Shown here: positions 40,335 through 49,582 of the stretch, one piece after another
How the letters are laid out: every line of letters begins with the position of its first letter
How positions within the stretch are numbered: the first letter of the stretch is position 1
Source: an uncultured Candidatus Saccharibacteria bacterium
GTDB lineage: Bacteria > Patescibacteriota > Andersenbacteria > UBA10190
NCBI GenBank assembly: GCA_964392095.1
Contig: CAYMOF010000001.1
Coordinates: 12,401-76,400, forward strand
Reading direction: 5' to 3'
Length of the DNA stretch: 64,000 nt
The notes under the pieces: model-generated
What the model saw: only the letters and a program-made list of their open reading frames with translations
Told to the model about the DNA's origin: nothing
The model's database searches: none
Position numbers and translations under genes: made by a program

Positions 40335-40634
40335 GTGCAGATCATCAAAGAAAAATCCATCGTCGCTAACACAAGGTTGTCCAGAAACTCTCTTTTTGTA
40401 ACTACCAAAAATTTCAAGGGTTTTAAAACCGGTATAAACAAAGAAGAAGAATACAGTTGGTTTTACATTGTCTGTCTAAAAGGAGAAGAAGGAGAAAGCA
40501 TCACCCTTAACATCAATAATCCAAATAAGAAGAACGAGCCGCTGTCTCTAAAAAATGGACTAGCCCACTACTCCTTAGATGGTTGGCAATGGCATAAAAT
40601 CAACTCCGTCCCACTAACCAGTTATGGTTTCTAA
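40335..40634 (+). CDS. Small hypothetical protein. Possibly the detached N-terminal beta-sandwich domain of the downstream M14-like peptidase.
   Basis: 99 aa with GTG start. Overlaps the next ORF by 11 nt in a different frame. The composition suggests a beta-rich domain. Confidence 0.25.
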   Translation: MQIIKEKSIVANTRLSRNSLFVTTKNFKGFKTGINKEEEYSWFYIVCLKGEEGESITLNINNPNKKNEPLSLKNGLAHYSLDGWQWHKINSVPLTSYGF

Positions 40635-41562
40635 CACCATTTTCTATGACTACGAAAAAGCAACTAATTTCATAACCCGCTATGTTACTCAAAACAAAGA
40701 CTTCTGTTCACTCACTAGCATTGGCAAATCCCTAAAACAAAAGCCTCTCCATGTTATCAATTATTCTAAAACGAGCGACCCCAAAGGAAGAATTTTTATC
40801 ACCACCGGCTGTCATCCGGCCGAACTGGATTTAGCCATATCATTAGCTATCATGAAATTTCTAACCACGCCTTTGGGCCAGAAAATACTCGAAAATTACA
40901 ATATCGACATAATGCCAATGCAAAACCCTGGCGGCTTCCTTATGGAAAGCTGTTTAACCGCCAATGGCATTAATCTTTACTGGAATTTTAGACATACCGA
41001 TAAATTTAACTGCCCTGAAGCCTTCTATCTCCAGCAATACCTCAAAAAAATCCCGCCTCTTCTCTGCCTCGACTTCCACTTTTATGTAACCCAATTTCAC
41101 CGGCCCTCCATGCCTTACCTAAAACCTCGTCACGAATATTGGGGACTAAAAACCAAAAGAGTCGTTCATCACATAAACAAAACCCTAACCAAACTATCCA
41201 ACGGTTTCTATAAAACAGGTTCTCTTTCTTCATGGCCCGCCAGTCTGTCTTACCTAATCACCGCTGAATTTAATACCATTGCTTACACCAAATACCATTT
41301 CAACCTCAAAGAAGGCCTCAAAACTTCTCAAAACCGGGCCGAAGAAATTTTTATTGCCCTAACCAACCAGCTAATAAAGCGCAATCTATCTAATTCTAAC
41401 ACTCTCAAAAATCCTTATAGAGGGACCCAGTCAGACAGTTCAAATAAGGCCCCCATCAGAATAATTTATAAACTCGAGGCACTTTACAAACAACTTTATA
41501 TATACCTTAAATCTTACTCCAACAAATACACTTTTTACTTACAAAATTTTCTCAGAAACTGA
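40624..41562 (+). CDS. M14-family zinc carboxypeptidase-like protein
   Basis: SIGKSLKQKPLHVINY...GRIFITTGCHPAELD (HxxE zinc motif) and IDIMPMQNPGGF (NPDG-like) match the M14 layout. Confidence 0.4.
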   Translation: MVSNTIFYDYEKATNFITRYVTQNKDFCSLTSIGKSLKQKPLHVINYSKTSDPKGRIFITTGCHPAELDLAISLAIMKFLTTPLGQKILENYNIDIMPMQNPGGFLMESCLTANGINLYWNFRHTDKFNCPEAFYLQQYLKKIPPLLCLDFHFYVTQFHRPSMPYLKPRHEYWGLKTKRVVHHINKTLTKLSNGFYKTGSLSSWPASLSYLITAEFNTIAYTKYHFNLKEGLKTSQNRAEEIFIALTNQLIKRNLSNSNTLKNPYRGTQSDSSNKAPIRIIYKLEALYKQLYIYLKSYSNKYTFYLQNFLRN

Positions 41563-41675
41563 ATTATTGTAAAACCATTCAAAACAATCCTAAAAATCAC
41601 TCTAATAAGCTACTGCCGTTTCTTGTTTTAATTATTAAAAAAACTACCATAAAACATTATGCGCTATTTCTTTGT

Positions 41676-42638
41676 ATGACCACACGCTCATATAAAAAAA
41701 CTATTTATCATCTTGTCAATATCCTGCGTCATGAAAAACCCACTGGTATTTTCCTTTTCATTCGCTACGCAATTAGTTATATAAGCATGAAAATCTTTTT
41801 ACCTAATAAACGATATGCCAGCAGAAAAATACACGGTTCCAGAATGATTCTCGATCTTAAAGACCCGGGCATCTCAAGGTCTTTATATCTCCTCGGTGAT
41901 CGTGAACGAGAACATTATTTTTTGCTTAAAAAAGCCATTCGCCCCCACCAAAGAATTTTAGACATCGGTGCCAATATAGGCTATTACGTACTCATAGAAC
42001 ACCGGCTCCTCCAAGAAAAAGGACACGTAATCGCTTTCGAGCCCTCCTCTAAAAACTTCACCCTCCTGAAAAAAAATATCAACTTAAACAAATTATCTAG
42101 TAAAACCACTCTTCTCCATACTGCCCTGGCCACCAAAGACGGCTTTTCGCGTCTCCATCTATCCCGCTTAGCCAATGTCCACAGTCTAATTAAAAAAAAT
42201 ACCGACTCTCCTACCGGCCACTCTATTCCCGTCCCCGCCACCTCCTTAGAAACAACCCTAGAAAAATATGGTCCTATAAATTTAATCCGAATGGATATAG
42301 AGGGCTATGAACACCTTGTTCTAAAATCGCTGATCAAGATAAACCAAACTAAAAATTTTACCCCCCACATAGTCATAGAACTTCACCCGCCCAAATACAA
42401 TAAAACTAAATTCCGGCAAACAATAAAGGAACTGTACCGCCTCGGCTATCAAGCCAAATACGTCGCCTGCTCTCACCTTGACCTGCTTCAAAAACATAAC
42501 TTAACCATAGTAAAAAGCATTCCCACGGACGGCACTGTCAGGCACATAGCCCAAAACGTTGAATTACGCCTCCTCAACAAAATCATCTTCTCCAGCCGAG
42601 CCATTCTTTTCTCCACCAAAAATTCTCTTGTTCCCTAA
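41676..42638 (+). CDS. FkbM-family SAM-dependent methyltransferase
   Basis: ILDIGANIGYYVL and MDIEGYEHLVLKS are FkbM-domain signatures. Confidence 0.75.
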   Translation: MTTRSYKKTIYHLVNILRHEKPTGIFLFIRYAISYISMKIFLPNKRYASRKIHGSRMILDLKDPGISRSLYLLGDREREHYFLLKKAIRPHQRILDIGANIGYYVLIEHRLLQEKGHVIAFEPSSKNFTLLKKNINLNKLSSKTTLLHTALATKDGFSRLHLSRLANVHSLIKKNTDSPTGHSIPVPATSLETTLEKYGPINLIRMDIEGYEHLVLKSLIKINQTKNFTPHIVIELHPPKYNKTKFRQTIKELYRLGYQAKYVACSHLDLLQKHNLTIVKSIPTDGTVRHIAQNVELRLLNKIIFSSRAILFSTKNSLVP

Positions 42639-42642
42639 TCTT

Positions 42643-43719
42643 ATGACTAATGTTTTTATCGATATTGTTCTACCCAAAGAATTAAAATGTGATCAGGCTT
42701 TTCAAAACATTTACTTCGTCACCTCCACCCATACTCGAAAACGCTCTCCGGCAGATTGGCAAAAAAAATTTAAAAAGTACTGTCGTCGCGGCCACTTCAA
42801 TTCCGAACTATTCTCCACGAAATTACTCAAGGGATTAAAAATTTTTTCTTTTTACAACCTTTCTTTTTCCCTGCCCTTTTTAGTTGTCAAAGAAAACCCC
42901 TCTTCCGTTACCATCAACCGATACGACTCCCCTAATTCAATACTGGTTTATTTCCTCACCCGCCTGCTGTGCCCTAAAGCAAAGATTTATTTCTATTCTG
43001 AAATGTGGATTTACCCCCAAAATCTGCTCTATAAAATATCATGGCCTGTAATCAGCTACCTCGCCACTCACGCCGACAAGCACTACGTTATAGGCTCGCA
43101 ACAAAAAAAATTCCTTATCAAAAAAAACGTCAGCCCCACAAAAATTATAGTCACCCGCGACGTGCCCTACGCGCCGATTCTTAAGACCTCCAACCTAGTC
43201 GCTCCTCTCAAAGAAAAGTTGGATCACAAAAAGACAATTGAACTGCTTTATATAGGAAGAATCATCCCCTATAAAGGCCTCTTTTATCTCCTCAAGGAAT
43301 ACAAAAAACTAACCGAGCTTTCCCCCAACAAATTTCATCTATCAATAGTCGGCGGCGGTAAAAATCATAACGAGTCTCAATTTTCCGGCGCCGATCCCGA
43401 CTATGAACAAAAGTGTCGTCAATATGCCAGCTTAAATCTCGCCTCTTCCGCATACGATTTCTACGGCTATCAAGAAAAAGTTGCCCCTTATTACAAAAAA
43501 GCTGATTTGTTAATTACCCCCAACATAATTGTCCTCCAAAACATAGTTCCCGCTGAAGCCTGGGGAAGAATAGTCCCTGAAGCTCTAAAAAACCATGTTC
43601 CGGTCCTGGCCACCACTGCCATCCCCTCCGCTCACGATTACATTAAGAACGACATAAACGGTTGGATTGTTAAAAAAATTAATTTCCAACCATTTATCAA
43701 ACTCATTCAAGATGTCTAA
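42643..43719 (+). CDS. GT-B glycosyltransferase, GT4-like
   Basis: C-terminal IVPEALKNHVPVLATTAIPSAHDYIKNDINGWIV. Start set to the ATG at 42643, just after the upstream stop. Confidence 0.55.
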   Translation: MTNVFIDIVLPKELKCDQAFQNIYFVTSTHTRKRSPADWQKKFKKYCRRGHFNSELFSTKLLKGLKIFSFYNLSFSLPFLVVKENPSSVTINRYDSPNSILVYFLTRLLCPKAKIYFYSEMWIYPQNLLYKISWPVISYLATHADKHYVIGSQQKKFLIKKNVSPTKIIVTRDVPYAPILKTSNLVAPLKEKLDHKKTIELLYIGRIIPYKGLFYLLKEYKKLTELSPNKFHLSIVGGGKNHNESQFSGADPDYEQKCRQYASLNLASSAYDFYGYQEKVAPYYKKADLLITPNIIVLQNIVPAEAWGRIVPEALKNHVPVLATTAIPSAHDYIKNDINGWIVKKINFQPFIKLIQDV

Positions 43720-45082
43720 ACGTCAAGCAATTATTTTTATAATTCTAGTCTTCCTAGTCACTAGGGGCCTTCTTTTTCTCCTGGAAAAAGATCTGTTTTT
43801 GTATAAATTTCCCTATCAAGACGACGCGCCCGCCTATCTTAAAATTTCCCAAATACTCCTTGGTCAAGAAAGCTACGAAAGCTCCAGCTTAAGCCCCTTT
43901 GTACGCGTCCCCGGCTACCCTCTTTTTCTTTCGGCTATTCAAAAACCAGCCGGCTTAAACAACTTCAAGACAATTTTCTTCATCCAGCAATTTATCTCTC
44001 TGGTCATTATTTTCACTTTATTCTTTTACCTCTGTAAAAAAACAAGTATCAAGATGGCCTTAACCCTGGTTCTAATTCTCGCCCTCTTCTTTGACTTCAC
44101 CTTATATGGTTTCCTTATACGTTCAGAAATACTCTTCACTTTTCTAATATTCTTTGGTACTCTAACCCACTTAAACACCGTTAATCGGCGTCAATTAAAA
44201 TGGGCGGTTTTAACCGGCCTTCTCTTTGGGTTGGCTACCCTAACTCGTCCGGTTTCTTTTTTAGCCTTTATTCCCTTATCTCTGACCATCCTGGCCACCA
44301 AACAAAAAGGCTTAAACACTATTGTCTCCTCTCTAAAACTCATTTTTGCCTTCCTTATACCTTTTGTCTTAGTTTTAACACCCTGGCTAACTAGAAACTA
44401 CTCCTTAAGCGGCCGCTTCCTTCTCCAGCAAGATTTAAGCAACATTTATTATGCCACCCTGCCAGGAGGCCACTGGCAGTCAGTCCAAATTACCGACGTA
44501 ATCGACACTGCCGACAAAGACTACCTTGCTATCGACTCCGAAATGACCGCCTTAGCTGTAAAAAACATCAAAGAAAAACCTAACGTCTGGATAAAAAACA
44601 GTCTGCGTAGTTTTCTCTATCGCCTCTGGTCGATGGGCTTCACTGATACCTATCTGCGCTACTTTGAATATACTCCTGACACCGGCGGTTATCACAAATC
44701 ATCCATCAGTCCCCTGTCTAAACTAATCAGCTCTATCAATATTTTTTCAAATCGCTATTCAATAAATCCAATCCATCACCTATACCTTGTTATTAATAAT
44801 ATAATTGGCTTTTCTTTTATCTTAATGTCTCTTTTCTGCCTAATCGTATTTCCCTACTTTAAAAGAAACGCCATCGTGATTTTCACAATATTTCTATATT
44901 TCTGGAGTATCACCTCGATTTTTGCCTTCAGCGGCTCACGTTATATGATCCCTATGGTGCCCCTCCTTTTCCTCTTGACTCCAGACATACTCGCAGGTGC
45001 CCGCTCACTATTCAGTCCCCAAAAAGAGTCCCTGTCTTACCACTCTTTTATAAAAAGATCGCTCTTAAAACCCTTTTCCTGA
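43712..45082 (+). CDS. ArnT/PMT-family (GT39/GT83-like) lipid-carrier-dependent membrane glycosyltransferase
   Basis: FVRVPGYPLFLSAIQ matches the R-x-P-x-YP-x-FL family motif, with multi-TM topology. The ATG at 43712 overlaps the upstream stop (gATGtcTAA). Confidence 0.6.
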   Translation: MSKRQAIIFIILVFLVTRGLLFLLEKDLFLYKFPYQDDAPAYLKISQILLGQESYESSSLSPFVRVPGYPLFLSAIQKPAGLNNFKTIFFIQQFISLVIIFTLFFYLCKKTSIKMALTLVLILALFFDFTLYGFLIRSEILFTFLIFFGTLTHLNTVNRRQLKWAVLTGLLFGLATLTRPVSFLAFIPLSLTILATKQKGLNTIVSSLKLIFAFLIPFVLVLTPWLTRNYSLSGRFLLQQDLSNIYYATLPGGHWQSVQITDVIDTADKDYLAIDSEMTALAVKNIKEKPNVWIKNSLRSFLYRLWSMGFTDTYLRYFEYTPDTGGYHKSSISPLSKLISSINIFSNRYSINPIHHLYLVINNIIGFSFILMSLFCLIVFPYFKRNAIVIFTIFLYFWSITSIFAFSGSRYMIPMVPLLFLLTPDILAGARSLFSPQKESLSYHSFIKRSLLKPFS

Positions 45083-45821
45083 CCCTCGCGAACCTATAGC
45101 CCATACCCAGTTTAAATAAAATCCAGAGGGACTCAAATATTAGTTTTAATCTAAAATTAGATTTTCCGCGCGCCCGATTAACAAAAACTGTCGGCACTTC
45201 TACTATCTTGTTCCCCTTAATATGCCACTGCAGTAGTTCCTGACTCAACATAATGAAACCGTCCGCGTCTAATCTGTCCAAATCTAAAGCAACCAACTGC
45301 TCCCATCCGAATACCCTGTAGCCATTAGTGTAATCCCTTATCCCCACAGACAAAACAAGCCTGGCTAAACAATTTGCTAAAGCGCTAAACACCCTTCTCC
45401 CCTCCGGCCAGCCGACAATTTTACTTCCCCTTATATAACGTGAGCCCACCACTACTTCCCCCCCACTCAACGCCGCTAGCAGTTTCGGCAAATCCTTAGG
45501 ATCATGAGAAAAATCTGCGTCAGCAACGGCTATAACCCCCTTCTCATAGTTTTTCTTTAAATACTTATAACTTTCAACAATAGCCGCTCCTCTGCCCTGC
45601 TTCCTGTCGCACTCTAAAACCATAACCCCCTTATCATTCCCAAATTGTTTTTTAACTATTTGGGCCGTACCGTCCGGAGAATCACTATCAGCCACTATTA
45701 TTTTTATTTCCCTCTCTACTTCCCTAAAACCATTAATTAACGACACTATATTGCTAGCCTCGTTAAAAGTTGGAATTATTAAAAATAGGTTTTTCTCCGC
45801 CGCAACTTTTTCATTCATCAA
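45048..45821 (-). CDS. GT2 polyprenol-phosphate glycosyltransferase (ArnC/DPM1-like)
   Basis: LFLIIPTFNEASNI, IIVADSDSPDGT, KQGRGAAIVESY, VADADFSHDPKD. The 3' end overlaps the convergent ArnT-like gene by 35 nt. Confidence 0.8.
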   Translation of the reverse strand: MMNEKVAAEKNLFLIIPTFNEASNIVSLINGFREVEREIKIIVADSDSPDGTAQIVKKQFGNDKGVMVLECDRKQGRGAAIVESYKYLKKNYEKGVIAVADADFSHDPKDLPKLLAALSGGEVVVGSRYIRGSKIVGWPEGRRVFSALANCLARLVLSVGIRDYTNGYRVFGWEQLVALDLDRLDADGFIMLSQELLQWHIKGNKIVEVPTVFVNRARGKSNFRLKLIFESLWILFKLGMGYRFARVRKRVLRAIFL

Positions 45822-47046
45822 ACAAGCTCAAAAAATCATCAAAAACAGAAACCACATACGCCAAATCACTTTCCAACAACCCCTGATGAACTCCGATGTG
45901 GTAACCAGCCCCGCCGATATATTCTGCCACCGGAAAATCACCTCGCTTATACCCTAAAAACTCATAAGCCTTGTGCTGCGTCGGCAGGCTCCCAAAAAGA
46001 CGCTTCCACTCAATGCCCGCCTCGGTTAACATTTTTTCTATCTCTGGACCCCTAAACGGTGCCCTTTCTTCAACAACAAAAGGGAAACCCTGCGGCCCAA
46101 TCACTTCATAATCTTCCACTTTGGGCAAATCAATAAAACCCCGCTCTCTTTGCAAAGTCGCCAAATTTTCCAGCAAATAATCGTAGTTATACTTTCTCTT
46201 TTTTCTTATCTCTTCATACCTCAAGCACTGATCCACGCCCAGAGCGGCTTCCAACTCATTCATTTTACTGTTAAAACCCACTCTATGAAAATCGAAATCT
46301 AATTTCCCTGGTGGACGGCCATGAGACCGCAACGACATATATATATCCCTCATTTTCTCGTCATCCGTCGTTACCACCCCTCCCTCGCCAGTGCAAATAA
46401 GATGCGCGGCATATAAACTAAACGACGTTCCAATACCCCTACTACCTATTCTAGTCCCTTTATAAAAACTGCCGTGGGCCTGGCAACCATCCTCAAAAAC
46501 CAATAGGTCATGCTTCTTTGCTATCTCACGAATTTCATCCATAGCCGCTGGTTTACCCATTATATGAACCGGAAATATGGCTCGTGTGTTTTTAGTTATC
46601 GCTTCTTCAATTTTACCCGCATCAATATTGAACGTCTCTCGTTCCACATCAACAAATTTTGGAGAAAGCCCTGCTGCCAATACGGAATTAGCGGTAGCGC
46701 TAAAAGTCAAAGCTGGCAGTATTACCTCATCCCCTCTTTTTGCTCCAAAATCATACAGGCTCGACATCATTAAAGTACAAGCATCCGTACCGGAACTAAC
46801 CGCCACCGCGTACTTGGCGCTCACAACTTCGGCAAAAAGCTTCTCAAACCTGGGAACGTAAGGACCGGTGCTAACCCGGCTAGTTTCTAAACAATCCTTT
46901 AAAAAAGCCCACGCCCTTGGACCTATATCCACAGATCCGTAACCAACTTTGCGCCCACTAACAGCTCTGGGCATTTCCTTGCTTTCTTTAAGCCCAACAG
47001 CTGTTTCCTCCTTAAAATTACCCTTTATTTTCAAATCATCGCTCAT
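45811..47046 (-). CDS. DegT/DnrJ/EryC1-family PLP/PMP-dependent sugar-modifying enzyme with His in place of the Schiff-base Lys (ColD/E1-type 3-dehydratase signature)
   Basis: Family layout is clear (FEDGCQAHGSFYKGTRIGS...GTSFSLYAAHLICTGEGG). The position aligned to ArnB Lys188 (FSFHAIKNI) is His (codon CAT, checked on the DNA). Confidence 0.7.
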   Translation of the reverse strand: MSDDLKIKGNFKEETAVGLKESKEMPRAVSGRKVGYGSVDIGPRAWAFLKDCLETSRVSTGPYVPRFEKLFAEVVSAKYAVAVSSGTDACTLMMSSLYDFGAKRGDEVILPALTFSATANSVLAAGLSPKFVDVERETFNIDAGKIEEAITKNTRAIFPVHIMGKPAAMDEIREIAKKHDLLVFEDGCQAHGSFYKGTRIGSRGIGTSFSLYAAHLICTGEGGVVTTDDEKMRDIYMSLRSHGRPPGKLDFDFHRVGFNSKMNELEAALGVDQCLRYEEIRKKRKYNYDYLLENLATLQRERGFIDLPKVEDYEVIGPQGFPFVVEERAPFRGPEIEKMLTEAGIEWKRLFGSLPTQHKAYEFLGYKRGDFPVAEYIGGAGYHIGVHQGLLESDLAYVVSVFDDFLSLFDE

Positions 47047-47207
47047 AAATATGGTTAAATTTTAGCCTACTAATAAATAAATTTCCAAACAGGGTCTTTT
47101 CTATTTCTTTCGATCATAACACTTAACAACTTATAACGCCTTCCGACAACAACTAATTCATTCTCATGCAACTAACAACTGCGCACTTGATGGTAAAATT
47201 AGTTTAT

Positions 47208-48731
47208 TCAAAACACACTCTTGACAATCAGCGCATCTTTTATGCTTTTAAAAACCCGCTTTCCTACTTCAACATCTTTTTTATTCCACACCCCAGCTTT
47301 TTTGACCATAAACAAATAAATAATCACAAAACCAACCAATGACAACAAGGACCTCATTAAATCATCTCCTTTTAATACAATCAGACCTGTTGTTCCCGCA
47401 ACTCCAACTGCAAAAGCATGTCGCCTAATACCCGACACGTCCAAGCCTACCCCATAAATCCTCCTTGTTAGAAAGTAAAAACACACTGATTGCATAATCA
47501 AGCTCAAAGCTGTAGAAAACGCCACCCCGTTAATCCCCCAAATACCCACCAAACTTATTGACAGAAAAATATTTATCAATGCAACAATTAAGTTAACAAC
47601 AAAAATCATCACTGTTCTTCCATACGCAACTAGAACATTGCTCGACAAACTCAATAGTGAGCTCACAACAATTCCTGATACCACGATAACCAACGCGGTC
47701 CTTCCTCCTATAAAACTCTCTCCAAAAACAGCCCTGATAAAAAAACGACTCCACAGGATCAAAACTACCGCCACAGGAAAAGTTAAACCGAATATCCATC
47801 TGGTTACATCACTAAATATTTCTTTCACGGCTTTGTTTTTTTTCAGAGAAGCCTGCTCTGAAACCTGGGCAATAAATAACTGCGATATAACCCGATAAAA
47901 AAAAGACACCAACAACGCCAAAGAATATGAAGCCGAATATAAACCTAAATTAGTATTGTCTAAATACCTAGCAATAATCAAATTATCACTCCAGTTCAAA
48001 ACCATCGCGAAAAAACCCGACAACAACAATGGTAGAGAAAACAAAAGCCACTCTCTGATGGGCCACGAACCTTTTTTATACCCAACACCCAAGTCTATTT
48101 TAGCAATCAAAAACAAATCAACAACCAAAGCTATAAAAACAGACAAGAATAAAATAAAGGCCATGAAGACCATATCCAACCCCTTCCAAAAACCAATCAG
48201 TACACCGATAATTAACACTATTTTTTCAACAATATGGTATGAAAAATTTCTATAGAAATACCGTTTCTCCGCTAAAAAAATATTTCTAACAATGTTCGTT
48301 AAAACAGCCAATGGTATCGCCAGAACAATAAAAACAAGTAAATCATTAAATCGGGTTGGCTGACTTAAAAAAAGTCTTAGCGCCTCCCGATTCCACCACA
48401 GCAATGACGACATTAATACGGATACCAATAGAGGTACCCCACAGACAAAGAAAAGATAGTTGCCTCCCAAAGACCCTCCCCTCGCTTTGTACCACGGCAA
48501 ATATCTGGAAATACTGTTAACCAGCCCAAAACCAGCGATAAGGACAAAAAACCTAAGCAATGTGTCCAATAATGAATAGGCGCCAAACTCACTAACTGTA
48601 TAAGCTCGGGCTAACAGAACCCTAAAAAGCCAAACCAATAGCGTACTGACCACCAAAAACGAAAAGGTAGTACCTGCCCCACGAGCCACGTTTTCCTGGG
48701 CCGAAATGTCTCTGGAGACCGACATCATCAA
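47208..48731 (-). CDS. Wzx-like polysaccharide flippase (MOP superfamily)
   Basis: 507 aa, about 14 TM, with an N-terminal GAGTTFSFLVVSTLLVWLFRVLLARAY pattern. Confidence 0.65.
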   Translation of the reverse strand: MMMSVSRDISAQENVARGAGTTFSFLVVSTLLVWLFRVLLARAYTVSEFGAYSLLDTLLRFFVLIAGFGLVNSISRYLPWYKARGGSLGGNYLFFVCGVPLLVSVLMSSLLWWNREALRLFLSQPTRFNDLLVFIVLAIPLAVLTNIVRNIFLAEKRYFYRNFSYHIVEKIVLIIGVLIGFWKGLDMVFMAFILFLSVFIALVVDLFLIAKIDLGVGYKKGSWPIREWLLFSLPLLLSGFFAMVLNWSDNLIIARYLDNTNLGLYSASYSLALLVSFFYRVISQLFIAQVSEQASLKKNKAVKEIFSDVTRWIFGLTFPVAVVLILWSRFFIRAVFGESFIGGRTALVIVVSGIVVSSLLSLSSNVLVAYGRTVMIFVVNLIVALINIFLSISLVGIWGINGVAFSTALSLIMQSVCFYFLTRRIYGVGLDVSGIRRHAFAVGVAGTTGLIVLKGDDLMRSLLSLVGFVIIYLFMVKKAGVWNKKDVEVGKRVFKSIKDALIVKSVF

Positions 48732-49500
48732 TTATTCACACTTTTACGAAAATGCTTACTTCCCCCGGATGAACAGTTTCTGTTTTTTAACCTGCTCACT
48801 AAACAATTAATAGCAGATGCCCATAAACTGTTTTTTACCGCTCTACTACCCGCGTCTCCTTCTTTCGTAATGAAACTTAACTTTCTTCGCCCTTTATAAC
48901 GACCGCTTGTATGAAAAAATCTTTCCCACTTCCACTTGTTTTTTGTAGCCACAGCCATCACATACACAGAAGCGCGCCTGTGATTATTGTATTTCAAAAG
49001 CAAAACATCCATGCCCAATTCATTAAACATTTTTTTACGGCCGAAGGACTGAAACGCCAGTAATCACCATACTCGTCGTGCATCGGCTGCAGAAAAGGAA
49101 CCACCACAATGACCACATCCCTTGATAAAGCACAGATATTCCGTAAAGCCTTCTTGTAATTGTAAATATGTTCCAGTGTTGTATGATTAAACACCACATC
49201 AAATCTGCCCTTTAACTCAGAGGATAGCCCCTTTTCCAAATCAAGGAATATTTCTCCCTCCTCTCCTTGATAACCACGTTTTTCCGCTACGTAATTACTA
49301 ACTCTATAACTACTCGCACTGCTAAAATAGTTTTTGTACTTTCCACCCTCCTTGTCTTCGTCCCTCCACGCTGAAACATTAATTACTGATCCAGTAAAAA
49401 GCCCAGAGAACTTACGAAGTTCTTCATTAGACCACAACCTTGGCAATCTATACACCCTATCCGTAAAAAGGGGATATGCTTTTCGCCTTAACATAAACAT
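48728..49500 (-). CDS. Class I SAM-dependent methyltransferase, apparently split by a frameshift (ORFs 48994..49500 and 48728..49030)
   Basis: The upstream ORF has GRFDVVFNHTTLEHIYNYKKAL and VVIVVVPF (MTase fold). The downstream ORF begins NELGMDVLLLKYNNH (typical MTase C-terminus) and ends with a 4-nt overlap onto the Wzx gene. Confidence 0.45.
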
Positions 49501-49582
49501 GTTTTAATCTTTTAAAAGACCCATCATCTCATACTTTATACTACATATAAAAAACTTCCCTTAACAAGCTGCTATAAAACCC

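Noticed and set aside
45811-47046. Initial call as an ArnB-type UDP-4-amino-sugar aminotransferase
   Set aside because: The Schiff-base lysine position is His (CAT codon), which fits ColD/E1-type dehydratases, not aminotransferases. Kept as a DegT-family dehydratase-like enzyme instead.
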